Virus record (IMG/VR): IMGVR_UViG_3300035102_000171
Coordinates: 1-29,993 of that record
Direction: 5' to 3' (one strand)
DNA from: a virus
Lineage: Duplodnaviria; Caudoviricetes
Length of the DNA stretch: 29,993 nucleotides
Below are positions 24,121 to 29,993 of the stretch, in pieces. The translations under genes and the position numbers were made by a program. Position 1 is the first letter of the stretch. Each line of letters starts with the position of its first letter. The notes below the pieces were generated by a model that was not told where the DNA came from, did not search any database, and saw only the letters and a list, made by a program, of their open reading frames with translations.

Positions 24121-24677
24121 TAATGTTGTCATTTACTAACCTCTTAATTCACAGTTGCACGATAGTGCATAAGTCAGTAGATCAGGAACTCAGATATGAT
24201 AATAAAACTGAGAACTTCCTGATAGGAGACACCATCACCGGGCAGTCGAGCGGGGTATCCGGAATACTAGAAAGTATATCAGGAGACTCTAACGGTATCA
24301 TGGTCTTGAATGGAGTGTCCGGGTCATTCATCGACAACGAGACAATAACCGGCTCTACACAGGGAAGCGCATCAGCAAACGGTACGAACTACGACCACTT
24401 GGACGAATACGGAACTCCGGACATAACAAAGTCTAACATTACTACAAACTGCAGATTCTATGCACCCAGAGGCGATATAATCAACCAGGCAACCGGGGAT
24501 ATCTTCAAATCACTACCATCTGTGACATTGCCTGCAAACATTGACCCGATGATAGCCGAGAGAGTAATCGGCCACTCTGAAGGATTTGAGAGAACATACA
24601 CTATCAAGAACCCAAAACCCTCATATGACCGCAACGGCCTGCATCACTGGACGTGTGAGCTTGAGGTGGTCGAATGA
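24114..24677 (+). CDS. head closure/stopper protein with inserted beta domain
   Basis: LIHSCTI...DEYG...CRF...HHW.CELE stopper-like frame with a Gly/Ser-rich insert. Confidence 0.65.
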   Translation: MVIMLSFTNLLIHSCTIVHKSVDQELRYDNKTENFLIGDTITGQSSGVSGILESISGDSNGIMVLNGVSGSFIDNETITGSTQGSASANGTNYDHLDEYGTPDITKSNITTNCRFYAPRGDIINQATGDIFKSLPSVTLPANIDPMIAERVIGHSEGFERTYTIKNPKPSYDRNGLHHWTCELEVVE

Positions 24678-25021
24678 CACGAATCTACGGTATGGATGAA
24701 GTTCTCGGCAATATGGAAGAGCTAAAAGAAGATATGCAGGACAAGATCGAGAAGGCATTAACAAAAGGTGCCATGGTCGGAGAAGGCCATGCAAAGCGGT
24801 ACTGTCCTGTCGATACTGGCACACTCCGCAGGTCTATTACTACACAGACACACAAGAAGAATATGCGTAATGTGGTTGTCAGATGCGGCACCAACATCGA
24901 ATATGCACCGTATCAGGAATTCGGAACTGTCAGGATGGCAGCGCAGCCCTTTATGAGGCCGGCATTTTTCAATCACAAAAGGCAGATCATCAGAGCAATA
25001 TCACAGGAGCTTAAGAGATGA
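24674..25021 (+). CDS. HK97 gp10-like neck protein
   Basis: PVDTGTLRRSI, YAPYQEFGT and AQPFMRPA motifs. Confidence 0.92.
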   Translation: MTRIYGMDEVLGNMEELKEDMQDKIEKALTKGAMVGEGHAKRYCPVDTGTLRRSITTQTHKKNMRNVVVRCGTNIEYAPYQEFGTVRMAAQPFMRPAFFNHKRQIIRAISQELKR

Positions 25022-25443
25022 CCCTTGAAGCGGCTCTTAGAACCTTCCTGATATCAAACAACGATGTGTTCAACATCACAGCAAACCGCATATTTGTGGG
25101 CGAGGCTCCCATCAACTCCCTGTATCCCCAGATAGTCATATCCAAAGTAGGAGATTTGGAGCTGGATGAGGATGTAAGTAAGGCATACGAGGAACTCCTG
25201 CAGGTTACATGCAGGGCAGAGCAGGACGAGTATAATGATAAACACGGGTACCGAGATGCTTCTAACCTTGCTGATACTGTCCGGTATGCTCTTCGGAGTC
25301 AGGCGGTCAGAAACAGCCAATGGACTGACTCAGATGATGTTTTCCATATTATTAATTGTCAATATCGTGGCAATAGAATCCTCAGGGATGGGGATATCTA
25401 CGACAGCCCGATAGACTTTGCGATCAAATACACAGAACAGTAA
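25018..25443 (+). CDS. tail terminator/completion protein
   Basis: ALR..L......RIF...AP....YP.IV, LQV and LAD.VR.AL pattern. Confidence 0.75.
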   Translation: MTLEAALRTFLISNNDVFNITANRIFVGEAPINSLYPQIVISKVGDLELDEDVSKAYEELLQVTCRAEQDEYNDKHGYRDASNLADTVRYALRSQAVRNSQWTDSDDVFHIINCQYRGNRILRDGDIYDSPIDFAIKYTEQ

Positions 25444-25477
25444 ACAAAAATAAACATGAACGGAGCGAATTAACAAC

Positions 25478-26200
25478 ATGGCAGAATATACAGGCGATGA
25501 CGTAACCCACAGCCAGCAAGTCCGGCATTTTATCGGCGGAGTTCAGAAAACTGAAAACATAACAACCGATGGAACTGATGAAACAAATGGATACATTGCC
25601 CTTGAGGGGAAAGCCGAATATGGAAGCGTGCAGCTCCTTGTCGATGGAGTCCTCACGGGAGTGGATCAGTTCAGTGATGCAGCGGGTACAGAGGCAGCCA
25701 CAGACGATTCCGGTGTCCAGTCTATCAAGTACACTGGCCTGGTGGCCGATCAGGCACTTGTAATCTATTATCTTGATATCGGAACCACACCCCTCTCTGA
25801 GGTAGCTGTATCGAAAGGTGTGACAACTGACTGGACTGCTAACGAAATTACTGAAGAGGTGGACGGACAGGCAAACCAGATCACTGTAACGGGAGCAACA
25901 CGGCAGACAGCCACACTCAACTCACTTGTGTACAACCAAGACCTACCAAAAGCTTTCCAGGGGGACCAGGTCATAGATTCGAGCAGCAATAAGCTGTGGA
26001 CTACAAAGCAGACCGCATTCAGGAAAGTAGGGGCAATGGTAAGCAAGAAAACTGACGCATCCGGGAATCTGGTGTACAAGTACTTCTTCTACGGATGCAC
26101 ACCAACCGGCAGGAATCTGGACCTTGGTACCGGCGTGATCTACAAGAACTCATTCACAATGAACGTGGACGACCATGCAGAGTTTGAAGTCTCTGCATAA
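25478..26200 (+). CDS. major tail tube protein
   Basis: 240 aa, T/D/G-rich and beta-rich; between terminator and chaperone genes; followed by a T-tract. Confidence 0.75.
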   Translation: MAEYTGDDVTHSQQVRHFIGGVQKTENITTDGTDETNGYIALEGKAEYGSVQLLVDGVLTGVDQFSDAAGTEAATDDSGVQSIKYTGLVADQALVIYYLDIGTTPLSEVAVSKGVTTDWTANEITEEVDGQANQITVTGATRQTATLNSLVYNQDLPKAFQGDQVIDSSSNKLWTTKQTAFRKVGAMVSKKTDASGNLVYKYFFYGCTPTGRNLDLGTGVIYKNSFTMNVDDHAEFEVSA

Positions 26201-26220
26201 TACTTTCTTATTTCTTTTTT
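26201..26220 (+). terminator. oligo-T terminator
   Basis: TACTTTCTTATTTCTTTTTT. Confidence 0.5.
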
Positions 26221-26240
26221 GATATAGGGAGCGAATTAAC

Positions 26241-26693
26241 ATGGTAGCAGCAACAGAAACAGCCGCAACAACAGCAAATAGCCAGACCGGACAGAAAGAG
26301 GATCCGAGACTTTCACAGAAATTCAATGACATCCAGAAAGATGATGAGGCCAACCTCACAATAGCTGAGAGGCTAATCCTTGCATCACATGAGCGTGAAT
26401 TTGAGTTTGAGTGGTGTGGTGTACCTATCCGGGCAAAAGTACCCACTGGAACCGAATCTGATACGATGCGTAGGCTATTCGATGGTATCCTCAAGGGTAA
26501 GAGCAGCGACATAGAGAACGACCTGTTTGAAGTCTATGGCATGGTAGCGGATCATGTTCTGGACGATTCAATAGACGTGGATTTCCTCAAGAGGCGAGAG
26601 ATAGGCCACGGGTTTGTGGCTGCATTCATAACATTGGCAACCCGCGCAGACCTTGAGCCTTCCGGGGCGGTCAAGAATTTTCGCATTATCTAA
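26241..26693 (+). CDS. tail assembly chaperone (short form)
   Basis: Between tail tube and tape measure genes; ends AAT TTT CGC ATT ATC TAA. Confidence 0.75.
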   Translation: MVAATETAATTANSQTGQKEDPRLSQKFNDIQKDDEANLTIAERLILASHEREFEFEWCGVPIRAKVPTGTESDTMRRLFDGILKGKSSDIENDLFEVYGMVADHVLDDSIDVDFLKRREIGHGFVAAFITLATRADLEPSGAVKNFRII

Positions 26694-26820
26694 TTACGGA
26701 AAAGAATTAGGCAGACGGCTGCACTATTTCGGCATTACTCTCGAGTACTTGAGAAACTGCAGCCTGGACGACAGAACGTATTATTTGAACGCTGACATAT
26801 CATCGAGCTGGCAACTATGA
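26679..26820 (+). other. programmed +1 frameshift extension of the chaperone
   Basis: In-frame TTT CGC at 26679-26684; the +1 frame has no ATG and is open (ALSNYGKELGRRLHYFG...SSWQL) to TGA at 26818-26820, overlapping the tape measure ATG. Confidence 0.7.
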
Positions 26821-28319
26821 CAGGTGAATCGTTAGGAGAGCTGTACGTTGACCTTGACCTACGGAAAGGTACATTTGATCGCAAAGTAGACCAATCCAAG
26901 CAGAAAATATCGAGCCTTGACGGTGCAGCCGCTGGCCTGTCAAGTACCATGGTTGGTCTTGGTGCCGTGGGTCTGGCTGCTGCCGGGGCTGCAATGGTCG
27001 GCATAACGAAACGGGCAATCACGCTAGGTAGTGAGCTGCAGGAGATAGACAGCAAGTTCGAGGCAGTGTTCAAAGGTGAGGCAAACGATGCGGAAGCATG
27101 GGCTACTTCGTTCTCAAACAGTGTAGGTAGATCCGAAAAAGAGCTTAAGAGCTTCCTGTCAACATTCCAGGACACCTTTGTACCCCTTGGATTCTCTCGT
27201 AAAGAGGGTGCCGAGATGTCAAAGACCCTCACTCAGCTTGCTGTTGATATGTCAAGCTTCAACAATAAGAGCGAACCTGAGACAATAGCAGCCCTGCAGT
27301 CTGCTCTAGTGGGTAATCATGAGACTATGCGCCAGTACGGTGTCATAATCACCCAAGCCACACTCGACCAGGAACTGCTCAACATGGGTATTGAGGGCGG
27401 TGTACGTGCTGCATCTGAGCAAGAGAAAGTGCTTGCCAGGCTCAATATCATTATGGAAGGTACAACTGACGCTCAGGGTGATGCTGTGCGGACATCTGAT
27501 GAGTTCGCTAACATGTCACGAGCGCTCAAGGGCACGCTCACAGACATGATGGCAGAAGCAGGTCGGAAAGAGTTGCCTGAACTCACGGAGGTCCTTGTAG
27601 ACTTCGATAAATGGGGCAAATCTGGAGGATATAACAACATTCAGGACTTCTTTGATGACGTGGCCGGTGGGGCATCGTTTGCTGCTAAAGGCGTATCGTT
27701 GCTCACACAGACATTTGGCGATCTGTACGGGGTAGTAACTACACAGAAAATGGAAGTGCCTGAGGGCATGGTTCCAACGGGGTATGATCCAACCGATCCT
27801 TCGACGTCCTGGATGTATTCCAGCGGTATGATGCCAGATATGACTGTCTGGAATAGCATGAGCGATAAAGAAAAACTAGACGCCGCAGAAGCTTTTCAAG
27901 AGGCACAGGCTGCAGCCCGTGAAGAAATCGAAGGTCAGAACGATGAGCTGGAAAGACAAAAGGAGCTTCTAGAAGAGAACAACAGTGCAATTCCTGATTG
28001 GGCTGGGAACTCCGATTATATTCGTGACAGGCTTGATGAGTTAGGGATAGAGAAAGGTACTCCCGGCAATCCAAATACAAAATACAATATAAGCAGTTTG
28101 TGGAATCAGGAAGATGGAAATCTGAATACCGATGCCGGTGAGGCTTCAAAAGAAGTAGTTACACAAGAAGTAAATCAGGATAACCACTTCGAAATAACTT
28201 TCAATGTCGAGAATGTTGAAACCGGAAGTATGGGAGAGTTCCAGGATACAATGTCAGATGGAGTGCAGCAGGCAATAGCCAGTGTAGGCAATCCTATTCG
28301 GGTGCCTAGGGATAGGTGA
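26817..28319 (+). CDS. tail tape measure protein
   Basis: LGELYVDL N-terminus, Ala/Gly-rich, LAVDMSSFNN...ALQSALVG.E..RQYG motif. Confidence 0.88.
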   Translation: MTGESLGELYVDLDLRKGTFDRKVDQSKQKISSLDGAAAGLSSTMVGLGAVGLAAAGAAMVGITKRAITLGSELQEIDSKFEAVFKGEANDAEAWATSFSNSVGRSEKELKSFLSTFQDTFVPLGFSRKEGAEMSKTLTQLAVDMSSFNNKSEPETIAALQSALVGNHETMRQYGVIITQATLDQELLNMGIEGGVRAASEQEKVLARLNIIMEGTTDAQGDAVRTSDEFANMSRALKGTLTDMMAEAGRKELPELTEVLVDFDKWGKSGGYNNIQDFFDDVAGGASFAAKGVSLLTQTFGDLYGVVTTQKMEVPEGMVPTGYDPTDPSTSWMYSSGMMPDMTVWNSMSDKEKLDAAEAFQEAQAAAREEIEGQNDELERQKELLEENNSAIPDWAGNSDYIRDRLDELGIEKGTPGNPNTKYNISSLWNQEDGNLNTDAGEASKEVVTQEVNQDNHFEITFNVENVETGSMGEFQDTMSDGVQQAIASVGNPIRVPRDR

Positions 28320-28321
28320 GA

Positions 28322-28768
28322 TCACCTATAAGCTCCTACATATCCAATTGCCACATTGTCCGCATCTAAGAAATCATCTGAATTGATAAGATATACAAAA
28401 CTTGTTTGGTAATCTGCGTCTGGATAGATATTAACAGTTTCGTGTGCAATGTTTTCACTATATGTGGCCTGGTGTGCCGAATACTCTATCCCATCTATCA
28501 AAACTTTCCAATTATGAGGATTAGTATTTATGAGTGTGTCCCCGGTGTTCTTGATATGGACATCCCATATAAGAAAAACATGGCCTTCCGGAGCTTCATA
28601 TCTACCTATCTCAAAAACCGGCGTGACATTCTGTTCAAGATATTCAATGTTTTGAACTTGATCTGATGTGCTGTTAGTTGTATTGTTCTGCTCCGCAGAA
28701 TCCCCAACACAGCCTGAAAAAGCAAGCAAGGAAAACAAGATTATAAAAGTTAGATATCGTGATTTCAT
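28322..28768 (-). CDS. lipoprotein, DUF4352-like (Ig-like)
   Basis: Signal peptide with lipobox AFSGC; A.EG..FLI..V.IKNTG....NP..W motif; opposite strand to the tail operon. Confidence 0.75.
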   Translation of the reverse strand: MKSRYLTFIILFSLLAFSGCVGDSAEQNNTTNSTSDQVQNIEYLEQNVTPVFEIGRYEAPEGHVFLIWDVHIKNTGDTLINTNPHNWKVLIDGIEYSAHQATYSENIAHETVNIYPDADYQTSFVYLINSDDFLDADNVAIGYVGAYR

Positions 28769-28906
28769 ACTAAAATATATGATGCCCGATGCAATATATA
28801 TTATCCGCTGTATTTTTATCTTGAACTAGTGATAAACATATAAAGGATAAACGCCAATATATAAACACGAATTAACACCCATAAACTACCCCACGAAACG
28901 ATTAAC

Positions 28907-29993
28907 ATGGCAACAATTGACGGTATAGAGTTTCAGCTAACTAATCTATTACCCAGGGTCATAAAGACCAACATCCGCAACAAAATACCGAACGGAAACA
29001 GGACATCAAACACCGTGCTCGGATTGGAAGGCCTGCGCATCACGTTAGATGGCAGGGTCAAGACTGAAGAGGAATATGATAATATCCTGAAAGCATTTTT
29101 GAGTGATGGAGAGAAGTCACTGGTCACTGAAGAGGGGTATGAGTACCGGGTATTTCTGGATAAGAACACTCCTCGAAATCACGTCTTGATGCGCAATTAC
29201 AGTGAATATTATCCTTTTTCTTTTAATCTTGTATCGGAGTATCCTTATAAGTTCACATCCGCGACAACGATCCGGAGTAAATCTATAACTGCGGATGGCG
29301 AAAGGTGGTCAGCAGACGATTCTGGCAATGATATTTCTACGGCCGGGCATGTACCAACTATTCCTGATATTAAGATTGTAGCTGGGAATCCATCTGCAGA
29401 ATATGGTCATGTTGGCAGAACAGTATTAGTCAATACCACCAACTCTTTTGATACATTCTCAGGTTCATATGTATTGAAATATGCAGACACACTTGATGGT
29501 GTCGATGGGCAGAAAATACATCTATCTAGGGTAGAATGCGAACTGCGTGATACAACTGATAATGCTAACACATCAGTGAAAGTGACATATGAGCATACCG
29601 GGCAAGCTGAGACAATGTTAGCTGAGTGGGTGCTGGGTACTAGCGACGATAGTTATCAACTTCATGAGTCAACAATAGATATCACTGCGCCAGTTGGGGA
29701 AAATGTTACACTTCGCTGGTATATCAGATCGACTACACAGGGATATGTCGTGTATGCCCGCAATCGTGGATACAATTATGAGTTCTACAGGAGAATACCT
29801 GCCACCGATGTCAGAATATTCAATACATCTGATACAGATGTTGTGATGAATGTTTCCAACACCGCATTCAAAGACGAGATAATTCAAATCAATGCAGATA
29901 ACACCGGAAAAATAAAATATTCAGATAGTTTCGCAGACAATCGGTATTTGGATGTTGTGCACGAGCATTTTGGGGTGTCGCTTGATGGTACAA
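28907..29993 (+). CDS. distal tail (Dit)-like/minor tail protein (partial, runs off right edge; not in ORF track)
   Basis: Open for 362 codons from ATG 28907 (MATIDGIEFQLTNLLPRV...ITLDG...YPFSFNLVSEYPYKF); follows the tape measure gene; preceded by a TATA-like site and motif copies. Confidence 0.75.
   Translation, partial: MATIDGIEFQLTNLLPRVIKTNIRNKIPNGNRTSNTVLGLEGLRITLDGRVKTEEEYDNILKAFLSDGEKSLVTEEGYEYRVFLDKNTPRNHVLMRNYSEYYPFSFNLVSEYPYKFTSATTIRSKSITADGERWSADDSGNDISTAGHVPTIPDIKIVAGNPSAEYGHVGRTVLVNTTNSFDTFSGSYVLKYADTLDGVDGQKIHLSRVECELRDTTDNANTSVKVTYEHTGQAETMLAEWVLGTSDDSYQLHESTIDITAPVGENVTLRWYIRSTTQGYVVYARNRGYNYEFYRRIPATDVRIFNTSDTDVVMNVSNTAFKDEIIQINADNTGKIKYSDSFADNRYLDVVHEHFGVSLDGT

Larger units (their letters stand above)
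1..29993. mobile_element. archaeal tailed virus (siphovirus-type) genome or large part of one
   Basis: Terminase, portal, capsid and tail gene set plus MCM and archaeal promoters; no host housekeeping genes. Confidence 0.92.

Noticed and set aside
26682-26710. -1 frameshift in the tail chaperone
   Set aside because: The -1 frame reaches TAG within about 10 codons, whereas the +1 frame spans the entire gap.
16022-28149. Many antisense or alternate-frame ORFs within structural genes
   Set aside because: Ser/Leu-rich shadow frames fully overlapping confident genes, with no start signals.
1-29993. Integrase/att sites, tRNA genes, tail sheath, endolysin, diversity-generating retroelement
   Set aside because: No recognisable motifs were found by eye; they could lie outside the window or be too divergent to spot.

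Overview
The whole window looks like a head-tail (Caudoviricetes, siphovirus-type) virus of an archaeal host, and may be most or all of its genome. Archaeal signs are TATA-box and leaderless promoters, oligo-T terminators, an MCM helicase and many ribbon-helix-helix (RHH) regulators. A euryarchaeal host, perhaps a Methanosarcinales-like methanogen, is a weak inference. Gene order on +: end of tail module (1-1797); divergent RHH switch and small early genes (1820-6790); minus-strand RHH-MCM operon beside an iteron-rich AT region (6972-10255); terminase small and large subunits; accessory block with a radical SAM enzyme; portal; gpF-like head protein; a five-gene insert; protease/scaffold, cement protein, major capsid, neck, tail tube, chaperone, tape measure and distal tail. 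No integrase, DNA polymerase, sheath, tRNA or CRISPR array was seen. Main observations: (1) an apparent virus-encoded ESCRT-like module at 18149-21277 (holin-like protein, membrane-anchored helical protein, Snf7/ESCRT-III-like protein, MIT-AAA Vps4-like ATPase) with a Tad2/DUF2829-like gene inside it and a promoter matching that of the capsid operon; (2) a strand-specific 9-mer, CGAATTAAC, in 16 exact copies at gene 5' ends, often directly before ATG; (3) a TTT-CGC +1 frameshift in the tail chaperone; (4) a plasmid-like replicon with no integrase. All family calls come from reading motifs by eye, not from database searches.
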